DNA from: Candidatus Thorarchaeota archaeon
GTDB lineage: Archaea > Asgardarchaeota > Thorarchaeia > Thorarchaeales > Thorarchaeaceae
Assembly: GCA_019057475.1 (NCBI GenBank)
Contig: DXJO01000041.1
Coordinates: 64,001-128,000 of the forward strand
Direction: 5' to 3'
DNA: 64,000 bases
Part shown: piece by piece, positions 37,955 to 47,917 of the stretch
Numbering within the stretch: the stretch's first letter is position 1
How the letters are laid out: each line of letters starts with the position of its first letter
Position numbers and translations under genes: made by a program
Notes under the pieces: generated by a model
The model's database searches: none
Told to the model about the DNA's origin: nothing
Seen by the model: the letters and a program-made list of their open reading frames with translations, nothing else

Positions 37955-39968
37955 GTCAACCATTTGTCCATACTGCAGCTGCGGCTGCGGAATTTACTTA
38001 GTAATAAAGGATGGAAAGATCATCGGTCAGGAGCCGCAGCATGAACACCCTATAAATGAAGGGGGGAACTGTCCCAAGGGAAGGAATGCCTACCAATTTC
38101 TATATGCTGATGATAGACTGAAAACACCCTTGATAAAAAAAGATGGTAGGTTGGAAGAAAGCACATGGGATGAAGCGCTTGACCTCATTGCCGCCAAACT
38201 GAAGAAAGCAGACCCAGATGATTTCGGTCTGCTAGCATCGGGGAAGAATACAAATGAAGAGGCCTATGTACTGCAGAAGTTTGCACGTGTGATTATGGGT
38301 ACCAACAATGTAGAGTACTGTGGTCGTCTGTGTCATTCACCTACTGCGGCTGGACTCGGTCCTACAGTTGGGTCCGGCGTCATGCCAATTTCTCAGCTTG
38401 ATATTCAGAAAGCAGATTGCATCTTTCTAGTCGGAATCAATCCAAAAGAAACATTCCCTATGATGGCAAAGAGGATACTAAGGGCTAAGGAGAAAGGCGC
38501 AAAGGTAATCGTATTGGACCCAAGGAAAACAGTCACTGCAAGAGATATTGGAAACATCCACCTCCAGTTGGAGCCGGGAACAGACATAGCTGTACTCAAT
38601 TCTATGATGAAAGTCATTCTTGATGAGGGACTAGAAAGTAAAGAGTTTATAGAGTCCCGAACAGAAGGGATCGAAAGACTGCGCGATCATCTTGCTTCTC
38701 TAGACCTGAAGGAGATGGAAAAAATTTCTGGGGTTCCCCTGAAAGAACTAAAAAAGGCAGCTCGATGGCTTGCTAAGGCGGAAATTGGTTGTGTGTTATA
38801 TAACCAAGGGCTCAATCAACATTCTAAAGGAGCAGATAATGTCAAGGCTCTCGCTACACTGGCGTTGGTGACTGGTCAATACGGAAGACCGGGTACAGGT
38901 ATCAGCCCAACTCGTGGTCAGATCAACGGTGAAGGTACGGGAGATATGGGTTGCCTTAATGTGTTTTACCCTGGATTCCAGAGAGTTGGTACAGGTGCAT
39001 CTGAAAAGTTTGAGAAGCTCTGGGGTGTAGATAACCTTCCTTCTAAACCTGGATATCCGTATACCAAAATGCTCCAAGAAACTAAGTATCTGTGGGTGGT
39101 AGGAACAAATCCTATGATGGCGGCCCCAGATGTTGATAGTGTGCGAGAGGCGCTTGAGCGAAAAGAGCTGTTGATAGTCCAAGACATCTTTCCCACAGAA
39201 ACAGCCCAGTTGGCTGATGTCGTGCTCCCTGTGGCTACGTGGGTAGAAAGAGAAGGCATCCATGCTTATGTAGATCGGAGAGTACAGAAGATAAATAGAA
39301 TAATAGACCCACCAGCTGAAGCTAAACCAGATTGGTGGATTGTGTGTCAGTTGGCGGAAAGAATGGGATACAAGAGCAAATTCGACTTCTCATCTCCTGG
39401 TGAGATATTCGAAGAGATAAGAAGATGTGTTCCACCATATAAGGGAATAACCTATGAAAGACTCGAAAAGACTGTAGGAGGTATCCAATGGCCATGCCCT
39501 ACGGAGGATCATCCAGGCACCACTACTTTCTTCACAAAAAAGTTCAACACGCCTGATGGACTAGGCCATCTTCAAGTAGTAGACTACAGACCTCAAGCTG
39601 AACAGCCTGATGAAGATTATCCCTATGTTCTCACAACTGGAAGAAGTATATTCCATTATCACACTGGCTCGATGACCCGTAGGACGCCAAAGCTGAATGA
39701 TGAAACCCCAAAAGGTTTCTGCCAGATTAACCCTACTGATGCTGTTGCAGAGAAAATTAGAAACGGAGACAAAGTCATTCTGAAAACTAGACGTGGCAGT
39801 ATCGAAGCAGAAGCTCACGTAACCGATGAGGTTCCGAAGGGGCTTGTGTTTCTTCCTTTCCACTTCGGCGAGTCATGCGCCAACAAGCTCACTAATCCCG
39901 TATTGGACCCTGCTTGCGGGATGCCGGAGTATAAAGCATGTGCAGTCAAGATAGAGGTGAAAACATGA
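37941..39968 (+). CDS. fdhA: Formate dehydrogenase alpha subunit (Cys form)
   Basis: CPYCSCGC...CPKG, RLCHSPT, RGQ.N, HYHTGSMTRR, PEYK.CAV. Confidence 0.93.
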   Translation: MIEYESTICPYCSCGCGIYLVIKDGKIIGQEPQHEHPINEGGNCPKGRNAYQFLYADDRLKTPLIKKDGRLEESTWDEALDLIAAKLKKADPDDFGLLASGKNTNEEAYVLQKFARVIMGTNNVEYCGRLCHSPTAAGLGPTVGSGVMPISQLDIQKADCIFLVGINPKETFPMMAKRILRAKEKGAKVIVLDPRKTVTARDIGNIHLQLEPGTDIAVLNSMMKVILDEGLESKEFIESRTEGIERLRDHLASLDLKEMEKISGVPLKELKKAARWLAKAEIGCVLYNQGLNQHSKGADNVKALATLALVTGQYGRPGTGISPTRGQINGEGTGDMGCLNVFYPGFQRVGTGASEKFEKLWGVDNLPSKPGYPYTKMLQETKYLWVVGTNPMMAAPDVDSVREALERKELLIVQDIFPTETAQLADVVLPVATWVEREGIHAYVDRRVQKINRIIDPPAEAKPDWWIVCQLAERMGYKSKFDFSSPGEIFEEIRRCVPPYKGITYERLEKTVGGIQWPCPTEDHPGTTTFFTKKFNTPDGLGHLQVVDYRPQAEQPDEDYPYVLTTGRSIFHYHTGSMTRRTPKLNDETPKGFCQINPTDAVAEKIRNGDKVILKTRRGSIEAEAHVTDEVPKGLVFLPFHFGESCANKLTNPVLDPACGMPEYKACAVKIEVKT

Positions 39969-41233
39969 GTGGAAATATGCATATTGCCCGTTCCTCAGAC
40001 AAGAGCATACTAGAGAAGGCAGAATGTGGTGGAGCTGTTACTTCTATTCTCAAATTCGCTCTAGAAACAGGGAAGGTTGATGGTGTAGTCACGATAAGAG
40101 CAAAGAACGGCAATAGGTATGCAGGTGTACCTGTTTTGATTACAGAGCCAGAGGAATTGTCTGAAACTTCTGGTTCGCTCCATTGCTCTACTCCGAATAT
40201 TCCTCGGTTTGTGAAGGAATATCTTGATGGCGCTTCTACTATGAAATTGGCTGTCGTAGGCAAACCGTGTGACATTAGAGCAATTATAGAACTCCAGAAG
40301 AGGAAACAGATAGACAATGACAACTTGATTCTCATAGGCCTAAACTGTACTGGTACTCTCTCACCTACCACCGCCAAAGAGATGTTTATCGAGGAATTCG
40401 AGGTTGAACCAACTGAAGTCATGAGAGAAGACATCGATGAGGGGAAGCTCGTCATTATTCTAGAAGATGGGACTAGCAAATCCAAGGATCTTATAGAATT
40501 GGAGGAAAAGGGCGTCGGGCGTCGGGATAATTGTAGAAGATGTGAAATAAACATACCAATCTTCGCAGATCTGGCGTGTGGTAAATGGGGAGCTGAAACT
40601 GAGGAAAAAAAGAGCACGTTTATAGAAGTATGCTCAAACAAAGGCAAGGCGCTGATAGACGAAGCGATAGAAGAAGGATTCATCGAGGTTGAAGAACCCG
40701 ACAAGAGAAGTATCCAACTGCGAGAGGAAAAAGATAAGGCAGAAAAAGAACGTGCAAAGGAATGGAAAGGTCGTGATTTTGAGCCTCTATTGGAGCTTGC
40801 CCCATCAGAGAGATTGGATTATTGGATAAGGGAATTCAACAAGTGCATAAAGTGTTACGGATGCAGGGATGCGTGTCCGATATGTTATTGCGACCATTGT
40901 CTTTTAGAGGCAAATAGAGGGTTCGTGGAGGGTGGCAAAATACCTCCAGATGCGGTGTTTCCTCTTACAAGACTTGCACACGTTGCTGATTCTTGTATCA
41001 ATTGCGGACAGTGTCAAGATGCATGTCCAATGGAACTCCCATTATCTAAACTATTCAATCTTCTGAATACCAAACTCAGCGAGGTATTCGACTACACTCC
41101 TGGAGTCGATGTTGAGCAAGGTCCTCCACTGAGCGCAGTAATGATGGAGGAACTTCAGATAGAAGATACGTTCTTAGATATGTCATCAATTAATACTAGA
41201 TTGCGCGGAAGTGAGTCTTCGAACAGCAGTTAA
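39965..41233 (+). CDS. fdhB: F420-type formate dehydrogenase beta subunit
   Basis: GGAVT, GSLHC, KPCD, GLNC.GT, R.NCRRCE...P..ADLACG.WG, two ferredoxin motifs. Confidence 0.9.
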   Translation: MSGNMHIARSSDKSILEKAECGGAVTSILKFALETGKVDGVVTIRAKNGNRYAGVPVLITEPEELSETSGSLHCSTPNIPRFVKEYLDGASTMKLAVVGKPCDIRAIIELQKRKQIDNDNLILIGLNCTGTLSPTTAKEMFIEEFEVEPTEVMREDIDEGKLVIILEDGTSKSKDLIELEEKGVGRRDNCRRCEINIPIFADLACGKWGAETEEKKSTFIEVCSNKGKALIDEAIEEGFIEVEEPDKRSIQLREEKDKAEKERAKEWKGRDFEPLLELAPSERLDYWIREFNKCIKCYGCRDACPICYCDHCLLEANRGFVEGGKIPPDAVFPLTRLAHVADSCINCGQCQDACPMELPLSKLFNLLNTKLSEVFDYTPGVDVEQGPPLSAVMMEELQIEDTFLDMSSINTRLRGSESSNSS

Positions 41234-41374
41234 ATGAAGACCTAAGACTGCCAGACCTATTAATGAAGACCTAGTCAATGGGAGCGTATCCCGATGATGG
41301 TGCGACCGCGGGAAATCGGCTTGGCAGCATCCACAGACTCCACCCAGCAAGAATATGGTTCGTCAAGCTTCATG

Positions 41375-41782
41375 TCAATCCAACTGTTGAGGATCCTGCA
41401 ATGACTTCCTTGGCCGCGTGACTCTCAATCGTCCGCTGTGACATTCGTCACGGGCCCAGGTTCCCAGATTATTGAGTTTCGTAATGAGGACTAAGCCAAC
41501 ATCGGACAGTGAGTATTCCACGCGAGGTGGGACTTCATCAAAGCTCTTACGAGACAGGATGCCAAGCTTGGTCAATTCGGATAGCTTCTTCGATAATGTT
41601 GAGTCGCTAATCTCTCTCTTGCTAAGGCTCACCAGCTGCTCTCGTATCTCAGAGTATCTCATATCGGACCCAAACTCACTCAGGACAAGCATCAATGGGA
41701 TGGTCCAGCGACGCCCAAGCAATTGGACAACGCTCAAGAGTGGTGCAAGACAGGAACCCGAGGAAGTTGTAATATCACGCAT
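41375..41782 (-). CDS. HxlR-family transcriptional regulator
   Basis: LGRRWT, LS.KL.EL, EVPPRVEYSL. Confidence 0.88.
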   Translation of the reverse strand: MRDITTSSGSCLAPLLSVVQLLGRRWTIPLMLVLSEFGSDMRYSEIREQLVSLSKREISDSTLSKKLSELTKLGILSRKSFDEVPPRVEYSLSDVGLVLITKLNNLGTWARDECHSGRLRVTRPRKSLQDPQQLD

Positions 41783-41868
41783 TCTTCACACATCCGAAGC
41801 AACTTGCCTAAGGCGTAGCGAGAAGTTAAATCCAATGTTTATTCTCAGCAAGTGAAGGAGTCCTACGA

Positions 41869-42012
41869 TTGAACAAGTGCAAATGTGAGAAAGGCGACCA
41901 CCACAAGACCATGACCAAAACGGAGAGAATCAAGCATCTGGAAGATTGCATGGCGAGTATCATCCACAAGCTCGACTGCGTGAAGCAGGAATTAGGGGAA
42001 CTAAATGGATAG
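41869..42012 (+). CDS. 47-aa Cys/His-rich coiled-coil peptide
   Basis: AAGGAG SD then TTG; MNKCKCEKGDHHKTMTKTERIKHLEDC...; divergent from the HxlR gene. Confidence 0.5.
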   Translation: MNKCKCEKGDHHKTMTKTERIKHLEDCMASIIHKLDCVKQELGELNG

Positions 42013-42217
42013 GCAGGAGTTCCCGATTTCGGCACCATGACGTGGTCCAATGACATAAGAGATAGTTACGGTCATCATGTCTAACAAAGAAACATGGTGA
42101 CCTAGCTGCGGAGAATGGCGTTTCTTTCACATGAAGCTGGGCAGAGTAAGGGCGGAACACAGAAGTCTGCAGATAGAGCTCACTCAACATGTAACAGAAC
42201 GGGTCTAGGGAAAGAAA

Positions 42218-42292
42218 TGGTGCGCCTGCCGGGAATCGAACCCGGGTTTCGAGCTTGGAAGGCTCGGGTCATAACCCCTAGACAACAGGCGC
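42218..42292 (-). tRNA. tRNA-Gly(TCC)
   Basis: GCGCCTG/CAGGCGC; CGAGC-CTTCCAA-GCTCG; CCGGG-TTCGATT-CCCGG; CCA. Confidence 0.96.
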
Positions 42293-42344
42293 AAGTGTTC
42301 ACACGCGGGCAGTCATGGCTCACCATTGCATCGCGATTTAAGGA

Positions 42345-42465
42345 TGTTGTTGCAGTGGGTCTATCAGGATGGTCAGTGGAAGGGTGCGTCATAGTGTGCA
42401 AAGCGCATGGTAACGGATTACCAATGGAAGGCTGAAACTCTTGAGGGTGCTCTAGCAAGCACGCC
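42345..42465 (+). repeat. Intergenic GGAYGGTCAGTGGAAGG repeat cluster 1
   Basis: Cores at 42367 and 42415; 42345-42383 is 37/39 identical to 45257-45295. Confidence 0.8.
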
Positions 42466-42546
42466 CTCTTCGAGGGTCTTGTGGATTCCTGCCTAACCCA
42501 GTAAAAGACATCCTTAAGTCGATCCACATCGCTAGAAGTTGCGGGG

Positions 42547-42999
42547 GTGCGACCTGAAGTGACTGCTCGGGAAGACACAACAAGACCGTTCGGGATTCTT
42601 GTCCTTTGGATACTGAGTGTTATCCGCATTGCTTGCCTGTTTGCCTTTATGAACGCAACCCACCTTGAGTACTTGGAATGTATCAAAGGTCCCGGTCTCC
42701 CGCCTTTCCATCCGCCGTCCTGTCCCCACTATGAACCCTACCTTGCAGCACTTGGTTTCTTCGACATTGCAGTCCTCGCCTTGCTGCGAAAACCGGGTCA
42801 CTACAGGTTACTACTTGCGTCAGCCTTTGACGTGTTTCTGTATGCTGTTGGAACATTGACTGTAGTGACAGGCCTATGGCGCTTCTCATCTCTACAGTTC
42901 TACGCCATTGCTATATGGTTGCTATCCATAGGCCATGCCGCGATATTCCTTGTTCCAGTGGTACGAGAGTACTACAGAAAGCGGACTAATCAGAAATAG
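42547..42999 (+). CDS. Membrane protein
   Basis: Four TM segments. Confidence 0.55.
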   Translation: MRPEVTAREDTTRPFGILVLWILSVIRIACLFAFMNATHLEYLECIKGPGLPPFHPPSCPHYEPYLAALGFFDIAVLALLRKPGHYRLLLASAFDVFLYAVGTLTVVTGLWRFSSLQFYAIAIWLLSIGHAAIFLVPVVREYYRKRTNQK

Positions 43000-43025
43000 G
43001 GAATTTTAGGCCATCTTAGGACCTT

Positions 43026-43084
43026 GTGGCAAAAATGCGCAGTCACGGATGGTCAAATGGCTGCGTGTTAACGGATGATTCACC
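43026..43084 (+). repeat. Intergenic repeat cluster 2 (degenerate)
   Basis: GGCAAA..TGCGCAGTCACGGATGGTCA matches 45223-45249. Confidence 0.65.
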
Positions 43085-43092
43085 GCTTCGAT

Positions 43093-44205
43093 TCAAATAT
43101 ACCGTTGCAGTGATAGGCCAGAGATGACGCATAATGTACTGGTATGGTGGCATTGTTTGTCGGCTTTGAGAGACTGAAGCCAAGCTGCCAAAACAGTGGT
43201 GGCATTGGATTCGTCCAGAAGAAGAGGATAATGGTCTACACTCCCAGCTGATCCTGGGACTAGGTAGACTCCGCTGCCATCATAGTCGCACCAGTAGTTG
43301 CCCTGATTCACTCCGTTATCCCATTTGTTGTCTAGTCCATCATCTATGGCATTACTCATTTCATTCCAACCAAGGCGATTGTAAACCAATGAGATGTTTC
43401 CCGTCTGTTCACCAAGCCTAATGCCTACGCCCGTATTGTTCAACACTGTGTTGTATCGGATAGACCAGTTTGTGCAAAGGATTTGCACGTCAACTCCTTC
43501 CTGATTCTCTGAGATGGTGTTGTTCCACAGCTTGCAGGAGTCAGAGAACTGTGCTAGCACACCCCATTCGTTGTGACAAACTCTGTTGTGGGAGAGATCA
43601 ACACCCACGCTGCCAATGATAATAGCACCATAGGTACAGTTACGTATCTCGCTGTTCTCAAATCGGAGGTCGTGAGATTCCGTGGCGTTTACGCCTGCGC
43701 ACGATGCTTCGATCGTGCAGTTATGGACAGTACAATCACGGGAGAGGAAAAACTGCATACCATCATCATTAGAGTGTACAACACATGATTCCAGATACGC
43801 ATTCGAAGAATTGTATATCGAAATAGCTGCACAGTCTGCACTCAACTCAGGTGTGGAACTCAAGAAGCAGTTCCGTACGACGAAGTGGACTGTGATATCT
43901 GAGATGTCTACGCATTCTGCATCGCTTCTAATCCAGAGATTCTCAATCAGATACGGGCTGCTTGATGTGCCATTACCTTTCCAGCCTTCTTCAGCGGCCT
44001 GATTCGCAAATTCAGTGTTGCTCCTGAGAGTGATAGGAGGATGCTGCGTATATGTGCCCCCCTCAATCGTCGTTATGTCACCCCCGGGCGGCGTTTCGTC
44101 AAGGACTATCATCAGGAAGCCGACAGATGCGATTGCCATGACCACGACTACTACGACGAATATCTTTGCTGTCTGATGCGATGACACCTTCACCACGTCC
44201 CTCAT
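43093..44205 (-). CDS. Membrane-anchored NosD/CASH right-handed beta-helix protein
   Basis: G.GT...PY.IENL, parallel beta-helix repeats, GNYW.DY.G, D.YPL. Confidence 0.85.
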   Translation of the reverse strand: MRDVVKVSSHQTAKIFVVVVVVMAIASVGFLMIVLDETPPGGDITTIEGGTYTQHPPITLRSNTEFANQAAEEGWKGNGTSSSPYLIENLWIRSDAECVDISDITVHFVVRNCFLSSTPELSADCAAISIYNSSNAYLESCVVHSNDDGMQFFLSRDCTVHNCTIEASCAGVNATESHDLRFENSEIRNCTYGAIIIGSVGVDLSHNRVCHNEWGVLAQFSDSCKLWNNTISENQEGVDVQILCTNWSIRYNTVLNNTGVGIRLGEQTGNISLVYNRLGWNEMSNAIDDGLDNKWDNGVNQGNYWCDYDGSGVYLVPGSAGSVDHYPLLLDESNATTVLAAWLQSLKADKQCHHTSTLCVISGLSLQRYI

Positions 44206-44357
44206 AGATACTCATTGTGAGCATATTAGGTTTGACAAGATTCGATGTCACAAGCGAGTGGAGATTGTCTAAATGTGGCATCAATAAACAATTGAAAAAA
44301 GGTTTGCAGCAATTAATTATGATAGAAGATATGTAATGCCCGAACAGGTAATGAACC

Positions 44358-45098
44358 ATGACTGAAAGCAAACTGGGTTTTGATACTCACAGAAGCTCCC
44401 TGGCTATTCATTACTTCGCATTCACATTGGCGTATTGTGCGAGTATTGTCTTCGCAGTCATACTGGGAGCCACTTTTGGCCTAGTCCCGCCTATCGACTT
44501 CTGGTTACGAATTGCAGGGCCTTTTTTCATTCATGTTTCGATTATAGGACTGTGGCTCTTCATCGTATGTCTGCCGATCTTATTCGTGACTAACCTGAAC
44601 GTTATCTGGTTCGGACGGGTTCTCAAGCAGAGATTCGTTTCTACTTCCGATGCCATCAGGACTGTACTCGGGGTGATTGTTGCGGCTCCTTTGCTCATTA
44701 TCGCGGTGTGTATCTACATTCTTATGGGCCACATATTCATCTGGCCGGGCGTATTACTTGTCTTAGGCCCGATCCTGTCTGGGTTCCCTCTCGTCTATGT
44801 ACTCGTCATCATTGGGATTATGACCAAAAACACAAAACAACTCATCCTAGACTGTGTAAAGGACCCTCGTTTTTGGTTTGTGTCCCTCTTGTTGATTGTC
44901 ATTCTTCTCGTCCCCCTGGCCGCCCTAGGTCTCCCATTACAAAAGGGCTATTTCCAGTACTTCCAGTCAGAAGAGCTCTTCCTAATGAACATCCCTGGCC
45001 TCGTTGTCAGGGCACTGATGATAGCATCTGTCTTACCCGCCATACCACTTGCATTCCTTCGGCTCAGAGATGAAATTCTCTTTGACCCACCAGATTAG
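44358..45098 (+). CDS. Multi-pass membrane protein
   Basis: Six hydrophobic segments. Confidence 0.7.
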   Translation: MTESKLGFDTHRSSLAIHYFAFTLAYCASIVFAVILGATFGLVPPIDFWLRIAGPFFIHVSIIGLWLFIVCLPILFVTNLNVIWFGRVLKQRFVSTSDAIRTVLGVIVAAPLLIIAVCIYILMGHIFIWPGVLLVLGPILSGFPLVYVLVIIGIMTKNTKQLILDCVKDPRFWFVSLLLIVILLVPLAALGLPLQKGYFQYFQSEELFLMNIPGLVVRALMIASVLPAIPLAFLRLRDEILFDPPD

Positions 45099-45142
45099 AT
45101 AAAGCGACCATTTAGTGGATACAGGCGCGATTGCCCATACGC

Positions 45143-45326
45143 GGGCGATCAGTGGAAGAGTCGAATCAGGTTGGATTGGAACGCGCTATCATGGATGGTC
45201 AGTGGAAGGGTGAATCTTGGCGGGCAAAGCGCGCAGTCAAGGACGGTCAGTAAGCGTGTTGTTGCAGTGAGTCTATCAGGACGGTCAGTGGAAGGCTGAG
45301 ATCCATGAGGGCTCCAACAGACACGC
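45143..45326 (+). repeat. Intergenic repeat cluster 3
   Basis: Cores at 45143, 45193, 45241 and 45279. Confidence 0.8.
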
Positions 45327-45377
45327 TCGGTTCATTTTCGCTTTGTTTTATTAAGCAGTGTTTCCAAAGACACAAAC

Positions 45378-46775
45378 ATGGTGGAGGTTTCTTTGCATCA
45401 ACTCATTGCTCGATTCAGGGAGAACCTGTCGATCTTTTCCGCTTCAGCACTCAAGAGATGGTTCGCGATAGTGTTTGCCTCGTGTGCATTCTTCGTGCTT
45501 TGGATTAGTGGCAGCAGACCCGCGCTGGAAACCATCTATCGAATTGCAAACTATATCGGCTGGCTGCTTTTCACCGGGATTCCCTTTGTAGTTGGAGCCT
45601 CTCTTCTGTTTGGCTCACAAGAGTCGCACCGCAGCATTGCTGATTCCGCACAAAAGGGCAGCAAGGTGAATTTTGCTTCTCTTTTCATCACATATGTTGT
45701 ACTGACTCTGCTAGTGATGGCAGTTGCGGTTGTTATCGGTTTCGTGTTTGCCTTTGTGTTCTCAGATCCACTCTGGATTCTTGGTGCCCTCCCATATATG
45801 CTCGTTCTGACACTCGCCATTTCCCTACTACTTTGTCCTATTGCTGCGTTCTTAGCTCTGGCAATTGATCAATGGAAGACCAGTACAGTCCTAGGAATAT
45901 CGATATTCCTTGCTGTTGGGCTCGCCACAGGTCAGCCGGGATTCCCCGTGAATTACCCGGAGATTGCTTTGCTCGGACCTGTTCACCTTCTCACTGCTCT
46001 CTTGTTCATATTGGTTGCTGGTTCTGAATATCAAGGGGCTATCGATTATTATGTAGGCGTCAGCTTTGTACCAGGTCAACTCATACTACCAATCCTTCTA
46101 CTTATCTTTGCTTCAGCAATCTCCTATGTCTTTTCCAAGCGGATGTTCGAATCCAATCTACATCGCTGGACAATCGAGAGAAAACAATGGTTGTCAACTG
46201 AAGAGGGCATGCAGGACAAGCCTGAAGCTCAATCGAATGTCAATCTGCCAACTCTCTATGAAGAGCTGAAACTGAGAAGAAGGATAATAGCCGCTCTTGC
46301 AGTTGCAGCCATTCTTCTGATTCCACTTGCTGGAATGGGCTACGTGTCAGTAAGACAGGAGGAGTGGACCCAAGTTGTATACGAGAGTCCAGCGGGAGGC
46401 GAAATGGTCGAGGTAGGGCAGCAGTGGTTATACGGTGAATTCTTCGGAGTAAACCCTCCTGATAATGTGCACCTTGCAGTGGGCTGCCTGGGTGAGATAC
46501 TTAGCGGAGGTGGCGACTCCGACGTTGTGCGCATGAACTTTGAACACAGACAGATGTCACTGGATGAATTCCTACATCTAAACGATACAGAGATTGAAGA
46601 TATGTTTGGGCGTAGTGAATCTGGAAATTACGGCACTAGCGGGTCCTTCAGCACTGGCTGGGGCGGGCCCATTCACGCGGTACAGTATATCTGGGTTCTC
46701 AGATTCCTCGACGCGCTTGGGCAAACTGAGGGCAGCATCAGTATTTCGTTTCGCGTCATAATGAGAGCCACGTAG
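45378..46775 (+). CDS. Multi-pass membrane protein (ABC-2 permease-like) with C-terminal extracellular domain
   Basis: About 8 TMs followed by a soluble beta-rich tail. Confidence 0.7.
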   Translation: MVEVSLHQLIARFRENLSIFSASALKRWFAIVFASCAFFVLWISGSRPALETIYRIANYIGWLLFTGIPFVVGASLLFGSQESHRSIADSAQKGSKVNFASLFITYVVLTLLVMAVAVVIGFVFAFVFSDPLWILGALPYMLVLTLAISLLLCPIAAFLALAIDQWKTSTVLGISIFLAVGLATGQPGFPVNYPEIALLGPVHLLTALLFILVAGSEYQGAIDYYVGVSFVPGQLILPILLLIFASAISYVFSKRMFESNLHRWTIERKQWLSTEEGMQDKPEAQSNVNLPTLYEELKLRRRIIAALAVAAILLIPLAGMGYVSVRQEEWTQVVYESPAGGEMVEVGQQWLYGEFFGVNPPDNVHLAVGCLGEILSGGGDSDVVRMNFEHRQMSLDEFLHLNDTEIEDMFGRSESGNYGTSGSFSTGWGGPIHAVQYIWVLRFLDALGQTEGSISISFRVIMRAT

Positions 46776-47410
46776 TTTCCCAGTTTGGTGTATGGAGGAA
46801 GTCCCTAACTGCGCAAGGATTTTGCTGTATGAATTGGCAAGGAAAAGGGAAATGAGCTGGCAGCATGTTCACTGCCAGACTCTGCGCGAATTACAGTTCA
46901 AATTCGTGATACTCGTAGTGTGTGAGCGGGAGTGCTTCACAGTCTGTAGTGTCTGCAATGTCATAACCCATTTCTTGCATCTCATGTGAGTGACACTCAA
47001 CTACAAGAAACTCCTGTGTTCCACCCTTCCCCTGCCAGATGTCGCCATCCTCCACTCTCCATCGGAGTCTGGAGTCAGCAGGGGCTTTGTCTGTCATCAT
47101 CGAGATGGAATCCCTCCCACAGACCTGGCTTCCTTCTCCTGTCTTGATGCTGGCATATCACTCCCAGCGACAGAGAGGGTCTTCACAGTTCTTGCCACGG
47201 CGAGGTCATTATCACCCATCCCAGATTCATCACTGAAACTGGGAAGACTCGTCTGAGCATGGTGAACAGCCGCGGACTCCCCTGAGTGGGATACACCACT
47301 CCTCATGGAGAGTAAGGACCTCCCTTGAGAAGAGACCTTCCCTCGGGCTTTCGGGAGCGAGTGTGTGCTGCGCGAAACAGCATTAGCCCACTTGCCTAGT
47401 CCTCTCATAT
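46775..47410 (-). ncRNA. Candidate large structured non-coding RNA (~630 nt)
   Basis: At least 10 consecutive stems, several needing G-U pairs available only on the minus strand; TTTTAT box at 47436-47431. Confidence 0.6.
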
Positions 47411-47737
47411 AGTGAAGTACGCTTGTGAGAATAAAAGCTCGTACAGAATCTTGCTTTTTCAGCCCTGTATAGTTTGGGATCACACAGGATTCCACTTCCT
47501 CTAGATTCAGAGATGGTGAGGAGTGACCTTGACGAACTGAGGCTTGATGAGTCGATGCTGAAGGACATAATCAGGAGCTGTGTCCAAGCGCCGCAGGACC
47601 GGAGTATCAGGGTTTCCTGAGGAGGATATCAGGAATGAGATGGATTGACAGGGGTTCTGGCGATACAAGCACGTGTGGATGACTCCTACGTAATGTGATA
47701 ATATTGCATATTTCTTACATTTCTGTGTTCCAGATTA

Positions 47738-47917
47738 CTAGAGATGTGTAAGAATTCCATCGCTCATGATTCCTGCATTAGAAAGCAGAGCGATTCTGAT
47801 CGTGTCATTTTCCGCATTGGTTGGCACAAGGGATGCTGCAAATAGCCCCACCCCAATTACTCCTATCACTAGAACAACAACTACAGCAATAACTAGGGGT
47901 TTGTTCGTGGGTGCCAT
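47738..47917 (-). pseudogene. Truncated N-terminus of a membrane-anchored protein (possibly MBL-fold hydrolase)
   Basis: MAPTNKPLVIAVVVVLVIG... IRIALLSNAGIM then an early stop at 59 aa. Confidence 0.4.

Noticed and set aside
41230-41300. SECIS element after fdhB (AATGAAGACCTA duplicated)
   Set aside because: No in-frame TGA in mvhD/fdhA/fdhB and no convincing SECIS stem; only a short direct repeat
42115-42686. ORFs overlapping tRNA-Gly(TCC)
   Set aside because: Translate tRNA and repeat sequence; spurious
42345-45326. CRISPR array interpretation of the 48-bp-period repeats
   Set aside because: Few, degenerate units; the spacers resemble each other; no cas genes in the window
46790-47095. 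RNase P RNA on the plus strand (GAGGAAGTCC ... AGGGGCTT)
   Set aside because: No P1 closure or other conserved regions found; G-U pairing favours the minus strand
46891-47495. ORFs 46891..47100 and 47097..47495 as proteins
   Set aside because: No recognisable motifs; they coincide with continuous RNA stems
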